Below, one piece after another: positions 45,700-57,700 of a stretch of DNA of 64,000 bases; the stretch's first letter is position 1, and the number at the start of each line of letters is the position of its first letter. The stretch lies in the IMG/VR virus record IMGVR_UViG_3300029297_000290. One strand, 5' to 3'. The notes beneath the pieces are model-generated. The model saw only the letters and a list, made by a program, of their open reading frames with translations, had not been told where the DNA came from and searched no databases. The position numbers were made by a program, and so were the translations under genes. Source of the DNA: an uncultured virus (IMG/VR IMGVR_UViG_3300029297_000290). Lineage: Duplodnaviria > Heunggongvirae > Uroviricota > Caudoviricetes.

Positions 45700-48600
45700 A
45701 TGTCGCTGAATTTCACAATAACGGCAGATAACCGCAATTTCCTTAACTCTCTGGTCGAAAGTCAGAGGGCGATGGACTCTACTGTAAGAAATATAGAGAG
45801 CAGCGGCATGAATATAGAATCGTTCTTTACACGTATCGGTAGAGCAGCGGCATTATTGGGTACATCCATGTCGCTTGGTGAGTTTACGCAGCAGATATTT
45901 CAGACCCGCTCGGAAATCCAATCTCTTGAAACCTCATTCAATAACTTGTTGGGAAGTGAGAGCAAAGCAAAGGCTATGTTTTCCCAAATAAGGGAGTATG
46001 CAGTTCACACACCGATGATGCTCAATGATCTTGCATCCTCGGCTCAAATGATGCTTTCATTCAATATCCCAGAAGGTGATGTTATGACATACCTGAAGGC
46101 AATTGGTGATATCTCTATGGGTGATGCTCAGAAATTTCAATCACTTTCACTCGCCTTCTCACAAGCATCATCCACCGGAAAACTTATGGGTCAGGATCTC
46201 ATGCAGATGATCAATGCAGGATTCAACCCACTCGCCACAATGTCAGAGAGGACAGGAAAATCTATTTCCGAGCTGAAAGATGAGATGTCCGCCGGAACCA
46301 TATCCGCTAAGATGATGCAACAAGCCTTCATTGATGCAACATCAGAGGGTGGCAAGTATTATGGGATGCTTGAGTCACAAAGTCAGACCCTCGGTGGTGC
46401 GATGTCAAACCTTCAAGGTGCAATGGACGATATGTTTAACTCCATTGGTGAAGAGATGGAGGGCATATTCAGTACAAGTCTAAATGTTGCCACATCTGTT
46501 GTTCAGCATTGGGATGATGCGTTTGGTGCAATAGCTGTAATTGCTGGCTCATTTGGTATTCAAAAGGCGGTCGAGATGGGTGGTATGGCTTATGCAAGAA
46601 GCGTGACCTCCTATGGCTATGATGTGGAACTTCAGCAACTCCGTGCGCTCCTTCCGGCAAAACAGGAGGAGGAGCAGACATCACTCCAGCAGGCAGTCGC
46701 AAGTGGAAGATTAACGGAAGCTAAGGCAGCCGAGATAGCAGCTACCCGTGAGCAAGTCAACGCTCAATTGGAGGAATTGACAGCTAAGGAAGCAGCCGCA
46801 AAGGCAGAAGAAGCCACCGCATTACAGAAGGCTCAGAACGCTGCGCAAGAGCTTGCAGATGCAGATGAGATGGTCAATAGCTATGCCGAAAAATTGGAAG
46901 CTCTTACTCAATTGGGGGATGCCGAGCAAATAGAGGCTGCATACACAGAATTGGAGACAGCCGAAGCATTACGCAACGAGATGGCTAACATTGCCAACAC
47001 TGCAAGCGAAGAGGCACGCACCGCAGCCACTAATGCAGCCGCAGCAGCAGAGGCGAGACAAACTCTCGCCACGCAGATCGACACGGCACAGACAGCTGGA
47101 AATACAGCAGCAACCGGGATTCTAACTATCGCAAAGGAGAAACTTGCCGTTGCCGTTGCCAAAGTCAATGCAGTCATAAAAGCAAATCAATTCATGATTG
47201 TCACTGCGGCGGTCATTGGATTGGGAACAGCCATATACAAGCTTTGTACGGCAGTGACAGAGGAGGAGCGTATGCTTGCCGATGCGAAAAGAGCTTCAGA
47301 AGAATTGTCGGCATCATACGATATGGAGATGGTGAAACTTTCGGAGTTGAGTAAAAAATTGGCCGAAACGAAAAAAGGCTCTGAAGAGTGGAAAAGCGTG
47401 AAGGATGCTATTGTTGCGAAATACGGGAAGTATAATAGCAATCTCGATGAGGAGATTTCCAAAACCGGCGCACTCGCTTCTTCTTATGATACGTTGGCTG
47501 AAAGCATAAGGAAAACCATGCTTGCCAGAGCAATGGATGAATACGATAAGAATAATGAAATTGATTTCACCGGCACACAGCAGAAGATAAGCCAAGGTCT
47601 TGAAGGCTCATTCACCAAATGGGAGGATACCGGCCGTAAGGATGAGTATATGCGCCCTATTTATGAAAAGAAACAGGTCTTCCTCACTGAGAAATCAAAA
47701 CAAGAGATACGCAAGGCGATAACTTCATATATGGCTGGCGCTGACATTTCTCTCACCAAACAGCTCAAAGAGTATATAGCCCAGATTGGGGTGAATGGTC
47801 TCACAGGAAACAATGCCCTCAAGGAACTTGAAGCAGAGAGGCGCAAGGCTCTTGCAAAGAAAGAAGGGGGTAAACAGATAGCCAAAGACTTTGGTGCCTC
47901 GGAAAAAGAAGCTGAACTGCTATGGCTGACAAGAGGTGCGACATCCAACGACATCAAAGAAGACGAGACTCCTAAAGACAGCCGTAAGTATTGGGAGGAG
48001 GAAGTTAAAAAACGCAAGAATGCCTATGAAAGTATTCTGAAGACCGATAAGGAGGGTTCGGCACAAGCCAAAAAAGCCTATGAAGAGGCTGTCGCGGAAC
48101 TTAACAAATACAACACCATAGAGAAGACTTCACGCTCCGGTCAAACCGCCGACCAGATAGCATCCAAGGAAAAGGAGGCTAATCAGAAACTCATTGACCT
48201 GATGAAACAGCAGACCGATGAGCGTCTGAAAGCTCAGAAGGAGCATGAGATGCAGCTATGGCAGAACCGTATCGACCTCATGAGCGAGGGGGAAGCCAAG
48301 ACCATCGCCCAGATGAGGCTCGACCAGCAGAAGGAACGGGATACCATTCAGGAAGAATTAAAGAATGCTAAGGATGCTGAGATTGCACGTCAGAAGGCTC
48401 TCTTCGATGCCCAAGAGGATGTCAAGGCTGCTGGAAACAAGAAATACGCCAAAAAGGTCTTCAATCCAACAACGGATGTAGACCAGAGCGAGATAAAGGT
48501 AATTAAAGATCGTTATAAGGAGCTTAATGACCAATTACTCCGGAGTCAGAAGAAAGCCGAGCAGGAAAGGCTTGATGCTGCCAAGGAGTCAATGAACGCA

Positions 48601-50931
48601 TATCTGAAAGAGTTCGGAAATTATCAGCAAAAACGGAAGGCTCTTAATGACGAATACGACAAGAAAATCAGTGCTGCTCAGAATCAAGGAGAGCGGATGC
48701 AGCTTATCGGACAGAAAGATAAGGCTCTTGCCGATCTTGACTATTCAGAATGGGTGGAGAGTGGCGACATCGCGCTTGCATTTGGCAACATTGAGAATCT
48801 TTCAAAAGACACTATCAACAAACTTATCTCCGATATGGAGAGGTATCGCGATAGGGTCTTGGCAACTTTTGATCCTCAGAAAATCAAGGATTATGAGGAA
48901 GCTCTGACTGCATTGAGAGATGTTCAAGCCGATGATTCATTCTTCGATACAACCAACGAAATCACGGAGAGCCTTAAAAATAGGCTATCTCTGCAAAGAC
49001 AGCTTGCAGATGAGGAGGCAAGGCAATCGCAACTCATCGCTCAGAAAGATACTCTTGAACAAGAATTGAAATCTTTGACAGAGCAGATATTTGCAACAAC
49101 ACAGGCACCGGGGATTGCTGCCGTTGACCCACTTGGTGAAAAGCAACAACCTCCAATAGTTGACGAAAAGGATGTCAGGAGAGCCGACCAATTGCGTGTG
49201 CAACTTGCTAACGTCAGCAAAACGATTGATCAGTCTGCGAAAAATTCGGACAGATTGGAGTCAAGTCTTCGTAAGACAGGGAAGGTGAAATTCTCAGATA
49301 TGAGAAAATTCGCCAAACAACTCTCATCTGTTGGCAATGCTGCATCTTCGCTGGCTTCAATATTCTCAGATGATCTCGCCGATTCTATCAACTCTGGCGT
49401 GAATGCCTTCGGCAATATGATTGATGCCGTTGATACAGTTGCAAGCAACATAGATGCTCTTGCTAAGGGTGCCAAGGATGCGGTCAAGGACACGGTGGAT
49501 GCTTCAAAAGATATTGTTGATGGTGCAAGTTCGGGCATGAAGGCTACGGCTGCAACAACAGCCACAAGTCTTTCTACCATGGAAAAGGCATCTGCAATTC
49601 TCGCCATAATCGGTGCTGCAATCCAGCTTGCTACGATGGTTGCATCGCTTTTTAACAACGACAAGAGCCACCAGAAGAATATTGAGAGGCTTCAAGACCA
49701 GATTGATGCTCTTGAAAAGTCTTACAAAAGGCTTGGCAAGGCTGCGGACAATGCCTTCTCCGTTGATGCAAGTAATCTTATCAGTCAACAAAATCAACTT
49801 CTTCTCCAACAAAAAGTGCTTATAAAACAACAGATGGCTGAAGAGGAGGCTAAGAAGAAGACAGACAAGGACAAAATCAAGGACTACCAAGACAGACTTG
49901 ATGAGATTGACGAGACTCTTGAAGACAACAAAAAGAAGGCTAAGGAAGCAATCATCGGCACGGACATAAAATTCGCTATCAATGACTTTGCAGAGGCTTA
50001 TGCTGGTGCTTGGGAGGACGGCACCGATGCTGCTCAGAAGTCAATGGCAGCAGTCAAGGGAATCATCACCTCCGCTCTCAACGAAATGCTCAAAAGCAAG
50101 GTTCAGCCGTTCGCGCAGACCTTCTACGATAAACTCGCGGAGGCGATGGAAAAAGGCTATTTGACGGATTCTGATTTAGTGGCTCTTGACGCAATTAAGG
50201 CTCAGATGGATGGTATCGCCGAAGGACAGCGCAAGCAGTACGAAGAGATTCTTCAACGCTATAAGGATCTTGACGAATTGCGTGAGGAACTGACCGACAT
50301 ATCATTTGATTCAGTTCGTGACAATTTCAAGAGCAAGCTCATGGATATGGAGTCTGATGCTGCATCATTCAAGGAGGATTTCAGCGAGATGCTCCGCTCT
50401 GCCATCACTGAGAGCCTGATGGATACGAAGTATGACGCGATGCTCAAAGAGTGGTATCAGGACTTTGCAGATGCTATGCACGATCAATCGCTGACTGATG
50501 AGAAACGTGACTCGCTCCGTCAGCAATATGAGGATATTATCAACCAAGGTTTAGCCGACCGGAATGCGATAAATGACCTTATCGGCGGAGGTTCATATTC
50601 TCAGACCGCTTCCACAGGAGGATGGGAGTCGATGGGTCAGGACACAGCCGAGGAGTTGAATGGACGCTTTACTGCATTGACCGAGTTGGAGGTCATTAAC
50701 AACGATCTCAACAGAGAGCAAAACGCCATAGCCTTGCAGATACTATCAGCAATCCAAGGGTTGAGCCTCTATTCTTCCGATAACGGTGACGATTCAACAT
50801 TGCTGGCAATAAAGGATATGATGTTTCTTTCCACAGGCTACTTAGAGGATATAGCGAGATATACCAAGATGCTTATATCCATAGCCGGAGGGATTGACAA
50901 ACTTAAAGATATAATGGAGAAACGACTATGA
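45700..50931 (+). CDS. Tape measure protein
   Basis: 1743 aa, Ala-rich coiled coil; GKLMGQDLMQMINAGFNPL tape-measure domain. Confidence 0.92.
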   Translation: MSLNFTITADNRNFLNSLVESQRAMDSTVRNIESSGMNIESFFTRIGRAAALLGTSMSLGEFTQQIFQTRSEIQSLETSFNNLLGSESKAKAMFSQIREYAVHTPMMLNDLASSAQMMLSFNIPEGDVMTYLKAIGDISMGDAQKFQSLSLAFSQASSTGKLMGQDLMQMINAGFNPLATMSERTGKSISELKDEMSAGTISAKMMQQAFIDATSEGGKYYGMLESQSQTLGGAMSNLQGAMDDMFNSIGEEMEGIFSTSLNVATSVVQHWDDAFGAIAVIAGSFGIQKAVEMGGMAYARSVTSYGYDVELQQLRALLPAKQEEEQTSLQQAVASGRLTEAKAAEIAATREQVNAQLEELTAKEAAAKAEEATALQKAQNAAQELADADEMVNSYAEKLEALTQLGDAEQIEAAYTELETAEALRNEMANIANTASEEARTAATNAAAAAEARQTLATQIDTAQTAGNTAATGILTIAKEKLAVAVAKVNAVIKANQFMIVTAAVIGLGTAIYKLCTAVTEEERMLADAKRASEELSASYDMEMVKLSELSKKLAETKKGSEEWKSVKDAIVAKYGKYNSNLDEEISKTGALASSYDTLAESIRKTMLARAMDEYDKNNEIDFTGTQQKISQGLEGSFTKWEDTGRKDEYMRPIYEKKQVFLTEKSKQEIRKAITSYMAGADISLTKQLKEYIAQIGVNGLTGNNALKELEAERRKALAKKEGGKQIAKDFGASEKEAELLWLTRGATSNDIKEDETPKDSRKYWEEEVKKRKNAYESILKTDKEGSAQAKKAYEEAVAELNKYNTIEKTSRSGQTADQIASKEKEANQKLIDLMKQQTDERLKAQKEHEMQLWQNRIDLMSEGEAKTIAQMRLDQQKERDTIQEELKNAKDAEIARQKALFDAQEDVKAAGNKKYAKKVFNPTTDVDQSEIKVIKDRYKELNDQLLRSQKKAEQERLDAAKESMNAYLKEFGNYQQKRKALNDEYDKKISAAQNQGERMQLIGQKDKALADLDYSEWVESGDIALAFGNIENLSKDTINKLISDMERYRDRVLATFDPQKIKDYEEALTALRDVQADDSFFDTTNEITESLKNRLSLQRQLADEEARQSQLIAQKDTLEQELKSLTEQIFATTQAPGIAAVDPLGEKQQPPIVDEKDVRRADQLRVQLANVSKTIDQSAKNSDRLESSLRKTGKVKFSDMRKFAKQLSSVGNAASSLASIFSDDLADSINSGVNAFGNMIDAVDTVASNIDALAKGAKDAVKDTVDASKDIVDGASSGMKATAATTATSLSTMEKASAILAIIGAAIQLATMVASLFNNDKSHQKNIERLQDQIDALEKSYKRLGKAADNAFSVDASNLISQQNQLLLQQKVLIKQQMAEEEAKKKTDKDKIKDYQDRLDEIDETLEDNKKKAKEAIIGTDIKFAINDFAEAYAGAWEDGTDAAQKSMAAVKGIITSALNEMLKSKVQPFAQTFYDKLAEAMEKGYLTDSDLVALDAIKAQMDGIAEGQRKQYEEILQRYKDLDELREELTDISFDSVRDNFKSKLMDMESDAASFKEDFSEMLRSAITESLMDTKYDAMLKEWYQDFADAMHDQSLTDEKRDSLRQQYEDIINQGLADRNAINDLIGGGSYSQTASTGGWESMGQDTAEELNGRFTALTELEVINNDLNREQNAIALQILSAIQGLSLYSSDNGDDSTLLAIKDMMFLSTGYLEDIARYTKMLISIAGGIDKLKDIMEKRL

Positions 50932-51359
50932 CAAAGGAGATAGAAAAGATAATGAATGACGCAATTAGCCTTAACGCATGCCGTAAGGCTTTGGAGATTG
51001 ACAGCATGGAGAAAGCCATTTTTATCCTTCTGTCTCCGCAGGGTCGTGAGTTCGCACTCCGTACAGGATTTCCGGATGTTAAGACCTTCCGCGACAATAT
51101 TGAGGAGGTCAGCAAAGTTGATGGAGTCTTTGTCGATCAATCCGGCAATATCCTCAATCATGACTGCGTGGCGGTCGGCGAATCCCATGTCGAAGTCTGG
51201 GCAGAAGGAGCAGAAAAGCTGATTCATGTCATGGCGATGCACGGCGCAAAAGTGACGCTATACGCAAATGATTATGCCGTATGCACAATCACGGAAGTGA
51301 ATGGTGGCACGGTGGAGATTATTAACGATGGCACAGCCGTCATAAACATAGAGAGGTAA
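50928..51359 (+). CDS. Hypothetical protein in tail module
   Basis: 143 aa, coupled to tape measure. Confidence 0.65.
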   Translation: MTKEIEKIMNDAISLNACRKALEIDSMEKAIFILLSPQGREFALRTGFPDVKTFRDNIEEVSKVDGVFVDQSGNILNHDCVAVGESHVEVWAEGAEKLIHVMAMHGAKVTLYANDYAVCTITEVNGGTVEIINDGTAVINIER

Positions 51360-51796
51360 TGAACAGAGAAGTGAATCTTATCATCAACGGCAAGGATGCC
51401 CGTAAGCAGTGGGGTGTGGTGACTACATCAAACACACTCTCCGCACTTCTTGCACCTCCATCTATGAAGAGCAGGGCAACATTCGACTCGCGCCTTGAAG
51501 ATGGAATCCGCATAGACACATCCTCGCCGAAGGTGGCACAGCGCGACATAAGCATTGAGATTCAGATGACCGCGCAATCTCCTGAAGATTTTTATGCACG
51601 CCACGCCGCCTTCTGCGAGGAACTTCAAAAGGAGGAATTTGAGCTATACACCACCGACCGCCCGGATGTCGTGTACCGGTTCGTCTATAACTCATGTCCT
51701 CAATTCACACAGTTCTGCCGGGGAATAGCAACCCTTGCACTGAAAGTCACAGAACCCAATCCCAAAAACAGGCAACCGGATGAATCAGAAAGTTAA
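51359..51796 (+). CDS. Distal tail (Dit)-like protein
   Basis: LIINGKDA...WG...LLAPP...EPNP. Confidence 0.65.
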   Translation: MNREVNLIINGKDARKQWGVVTTSNTLSALLAPPSMKSRATFDSRLEDGIRIDTSSPKVAQRDISIEIQMTAQSPEDFYARHAAFCEELQKEEFELYTTDRPDVVYRFVYNSCPQFTQFCRGIATLALKVTEPNPKNRQPDESES

Positions 51797-54700
51797 CATA
51801 TTATCTCCCACCGGAGTGAAGATTCTGGAGCATACGCTTTCGGAAAATGACGTGCGCAAGTTCACACTCATGACCGAGGATTATATTCAGCTATCTTTTC
51901 ATTCCCAACAGGCTCTTGCCTTCCCGGTCGGTTGCTCTGTCGGCGATTTTATCACAACCGAGGAACAGGTCGGCACATGGAATGCTGCCACCGGAGTATG
52001 GGATTATCAGATAAAATTTGATAACTATTATTGGTCTTGGAAAAACAAGATCCTCCGCTACATTATTCGTGACGTTGACTCAGCAAAGGAAACATCCTTC
52101 ACTCTTACCGCCACAATTGATATTCACGCTGCGATCATCAAGAACTGTCTTGATTTTCTTGGTTTGGAATACGGAGGTTCGCCTTTCCGTGTAGACAAGA
52201 CTACATCCCTTTCATTGGAGGCTAAGCTCGTCAGATATGAGAATCTGTCCGTCCTTGGAGGTATTCAGGCAATTGCTGAAGCCTTTGAGTGTGAATGGTG
52301 GGTAAAAGATAACGCTATCTATTTCGGCAAATGTGAGAATAAAAAGGAAAATCCATTAGTCTTTGAGGCTGGTGTCAATGTATTATCCATTTCATTCTCG
52401 CAGGCAAAAACAACCGCACCAAACAGAATCTACGTCTACGGATCATCTCGAAACCTGCCATCCAACTACCGCAAGGTGGACGGTAACGACACAATAGGCG
52501 GCGTGGTGGTCAAAAGACTCATGTTACCGGAAGGCACACCATATTTGCAGACCTCCGAGAATATCCCGGAGGCTCAGATTGTGGAGCAGGTTGTCGTGCT
52601 TGATGATGTCTATCCGAAGACCGACCTGACCATCTCCGAAGAGCCGGAGACCTACACCTCGAAAGCGGAGAATAGCGAGGGAGAGAATGTGTCGCAAATA
52701 TTCTACCGTATCAAGTATGGGAATGATTTCCCTTTCCTTTCGTCTTATATTCTCCCTAATGAGGAGTTGCATATAATCTTCCAATCCGGTCTTCTCAACG
52801 GTATGGATTTCGGTATCAAGTTCAACCCCAAAGGTCTGAATGAGAAAAACACCGATGGCAGCATCAATTCCGATGCCCAGATGTTTGAGATTGTTGCCAA
52901 TGAGGATTATGGCAGAATCCTTCCGGACGATATTCTTAAACCTAAACAAGGAGATAAGTTTATCATCACCGGATGGGACTCAACAAAGATGGCAGATCTC
53001 GGACTTATTGCTACTGCCGAGCAACAGCTTCTCGAAGAGGGACAGAAAGCTCTTGTCGAATATGCTAAGGATCTTTCTTCATGTACCTGCCCGATGGCGT
53101 GGGATTTCATGAAGAATCTTCTCAGTAATGAAGATCAGCCAATACCGGGAGATGAGGTTATGATCATTGATACGGTGCATTTCGGCACAGGAGGGCGCAA
53201 AAGTCGTATCCTCGGCTACGAATACCGTCTTGACATACCCTACGCCAATTGGACGTATAACTGCGGCGAGAATATCTCCGTGTCGCGTCTCAAATCAATT
53301 GAGAATAAGATTGAAGGGTTAACGAAGACCGGAACAAAGGTGCAGATGCAGAATAGTCTCGACTTCCTTTCAAAACGCTATTCTGACCGCACCGCATACC
53401 TGCTGACTTCTGATGAAGGATTTCAGGTGGGGGATTTTTTTGCAGCCGTTTCCGGTGCAATGCTTGGTAAAGAGAAAGAGACGGGACAGACATATCTTGA
53501 AGTGGACAAGATATATGCACGTGTGAGGGCGTATTTTGAGGAACTGACCGTTGTTGAGGCAAATACACTTGCTGGAAAGCAATACATCACACCGGGAGGG
53601 AGTGTCAAATGTTCTTTTGTAAGAGAGGTGCGGAATGAGGATGGTGTCCTTGTCGGCTGGCGATGTTATTTTATATCAGATCAGGATGGGGAAAAGACCG
53701 AGACAAAGATAAATGTCGGAGATCAGGCTATCTCTGAAATGTTCAATGCAAAAGAAGGTGTCGCAAACAAGGTGTCTAATCATCGTTGGTGGCGTCTTGT
53801 GACGGCAGTGTCTCAGGATGGACATGAGGAGTCAGGCAACAGATATGGATATATCGAGGTGTCAGCATTTGATTGTGAAGAGGGATCTGATGTTCCAGTG
53901 GCAGGTGATGTCATCGCCCAGTTCGGCAACCGCACAGACCATGACCGTCAGGCAGCCATGATATTCTCTACCGTTGATTCAGATGCCCCATCAATAAAAC
54001 TTCTCTCTGGTATTGATTCGTATTCCATTGCGGGGAAAGATGTCATTTCGTATGGATATGATCCGGTGAAGGGGAATGCCTATTTCAACTGCTATGGAGA
54101 TATGTATGTCGGAGACCCCGACGGCTCCACATTCATCAGATACAATCGTGCATCAAGATCAATGGATGCAAGATTACGTCTTTCCATAGCATCCACCATT
54201 GACGACAAGCTGATAGCCGATTACGTCAAGGATGAGGCGGACAAGGCAAACGCTGCGCTGAAAGATAAGGTGAACGAGCTTCAGAATCAGATAGACGGCG
54301 TTATCGAGACATGGAATGAGGACACAGACCCAACCAAGACGAACTATCCCGCATCCGATTGGAACACCGATGAGGAACGGATGAAACATGCGGGTGACGT
54401 GTACTTCAACATAGGTGCGTATGACCCCGTGAACAACCCAAATGCGGGTCATGCGTGGCGTTGGTACTACAAATCCCCGACCGACTACGGGTGGATTGAG
54501 ATAGCGGATTCCGATGCCGTGCGTGCGTTGGAATTGGCTCACATGTCCGTGATGGACACAGATGTCCTCTTCATTCAGACCGACTCGCAGACAAATACAC
54601 CTACACTTCCTACCGTCAATGCTTCTGGCGTGATAACCGACCCGAAAGGTTGGACTACCGACGCACCGCAATGGGTGGATGGCAAGTATATATGGCAGAC

Positions 54701-57700
54701 CACATACGTCAGAAAAGGTGACGGAAAATCATCATTCTCTGACCCGACCTGTATCTCGGGCAGAAACGGAAAGGATGGACCCCAAGGCGTACCGGGCGAG
54801 ACAGGAGCAGACGGAAAGACATACTACACATGGATTCGCTATGCCGATGATGAACACGGCAACGGCATCTCCAACAATCCGACGGGCAAGGACTATATCG
54901 GATTCGCATATAACAAGGAAACGGCGATTGAGAGCAACAATCCCACCGACTACACATGGAGCAAGATTAAGGGTGAACAGGGGGCGCAGGGTCTGCGCGG
55001 TCTGCAAGGAGAACAGGGCGAGCAGGGCATCCCCGGTCAAAAAGGAGCGGATGGCAAGACATCATACTTTCACATCAAATATTCCGCAGTCCCGAATCCG
55101 ACAGATGCGTCACAGATGACCGAGACACCAAGCACCTACATCGGCACATACGTTGACTATACCGAGGCAGACTCTTCCGACCCGAAGAAATACACATGGT
55201 CACGCTTCGAGGGTATGCAGGGCGCGGATGGTTCTGATGGAATACCGGGAACGAACGGTGTTGACGGAAAGACCTCATATCTTCACATCAAGTATTCAAA
55301 CGACGGTCAGACATTCACGCCTGCGGGCGGTGGGCTTGCACTCGGTGAACAGCCGGGTGATTGGATAGGGCAATATACTGACTTCAATCAGAAGGACTCC
55401 ACAAACTTCTCCGACTACACATGGAGCAAGATTAAGGGTGAACAGGGTAATCAAGGTGTGCCGGGTCAGAAAGGTGCTGACGGGAAGCAGTATTGGACTT
55501 GGATTAAATACTCCGACAATGCCAACGGCACACCGATGTACGACACACCGAACACAAACACCAAGTATATCGGCATCGCGGTAAACAAGGAGACACAGGC
55601 GGAGGGTTCTGACCCGAAAGAATACACATGGTCACTATTCAGAGGTGACGACGGTACAAGTGTTGCCATTGATTCGCAGTCAGTGAAATACTCCACCGTA
55701 CACACATCCGCGCAACCTGCGGATTCCACATTCACCCTCACCACCGTACCGACACTAAGCGAGGGTCAGTTCCTATGGAGCATGACCACCGTGGAATACA
55801 ACAACGGCAAGAGCACCAAGACCTACGCCGTGTCTAAGATAGGCACAAGCGTCAAGGTCAAGACCACCGAGGTGAAGTATGCGAAATCCTCCACATCCAC
55901 GCAACCTGCCGACACCGCCTTCACCTACAACAACATCGGTGACGCGGGGGTGAAGATGGGCGAATATCTTTGGACTCGCACCACCGTGACATACACCGAC
56001 AATACCTCTTTGAAAAGTTACAGCGTCAGCCGAATAGGTGCGGATGGCTCTGACGGCATCCCCGGTACACCCGGTGCAGACGGGCGCACGCCATACGTTC
56101 ACTACGCCTACGCGAACTCCGCAGACGGCAAGACAGGGTTCTCCACGACCTACTTTGCCAACGCATTATATGTGGGCGTATGCTCTGACTACAACCAAGC
56201 TGACCCGACCACATACGGCAGCTACGAATGGGCGCGACTGAAAGGTGACAAAGGAGACAAGGGTGAACAGGGTCTGCGTGGATTACAGGGAGAAAAAGGA
56301 GAACAGGGCATAGCAGGTGCAAAAGGAGCAGACGGAAAGACAAGCTATTTCCATATCAAGTACGCTCCCGTTCAGAATCCCACCGCATCGCAGATGACCG
56401 AAACCCCGTCAACATATATCGGAACGTATGTGGATTACACCGCAGCGGACTCTTCCGACCCAAGCAAGTACACTTGGGCGCGGTTTGAGGGCATACAGGG
56501 AGCGGACGGAAGTCAGGGCATCCCCGGCAAGAACGGCGCAGATGGCAAGACAAGCTATCTGCACATCAAATACTCCAATGACGGCAAGACATTCACTCCT
56601 GCACAGGGAAATCTTGCGATAGGCGAGACCCCCGGCGATTGGATAGGTCAGTACACGGATTTCACGCAAGCGGATTCGACTGACTTCTCAAAATACACAT
56701 GGAGTAAAATCAAGGGTGATGACGGGTCAAATGCCAAGAGCGTCACGGTGAACGGTGAGCAGACATTCAGCTACACCAACAACTTCACCTCTGCGGCAAC
56801 ACCGACAAGCATAACGCTGTCCGCGACATTGCAGAACACCACGGGTTATCAGTGGAGCTACAAGCGTTCCAATCAGTCGTCATTCACGAACATAAGCGGT
56901 GCTACGGCGGCTACATTGGCAGTCGCGGCAAACAACACCACATACTTCCCGTCGGGAATCCACGCCTGTACGTTCAGATGTACTTCGGGCAGCGTCTATG
57001 ATGAGATGACTCTTGTCAAGGTGTCGAGCGGCGCGACGGGTGCAAAGGGAGATACGGGTGCTAAAGGTGCCGACGGCTACACAGTGATACTCTCCAACGA
57101 AAGCCATATATTCAAGGGCGACACGGAGAAAGCTGTCGAGGCAAGCACATCAAGCGAGGTCATAGCCTATAAGGGTTCCACAAGGGTTGCAGCCACAATC
57201 GGCACCGCGACAGGACTTCCCACGGGCATGACAATCACGGTTGCTAACAACGGCACGACAACCGCCAAGTTCACGGCAAAGGTGACTACTGCGCTCACTA
57301 CAAAATCGGGAGTCGTGAGCATACCTGTCACGGTGGACGGCAAGTCATTCACCCGCACGTTCTCATGGACGCTTTCTTTGGATGGAATCGGTATCACGGA
57401 AACGGCTGAATACTATGCCATCTCAAATTCAAGCGCGACCGCGCCTGCCGACAGCGCGTTCTCGACCACGGTTCCGACCACCACGACCGCGAAACCCTAC
57501 CTGTGGAACTACGAAAAAACCACATACTCGAACGGAGTATTCAAGAGTACATCAAAACGTGTCATAGGCGTTCACGGACAGAATGGTACTGACGGTGCAG
57601 GTATAAGCAAGGTTGAGAACTACTACCTTGCATCTGCCTCCGCAAGCGGTGTCACCACATCTACATCGGGATGGACTACAGATGCGGCAAGCACGAACGC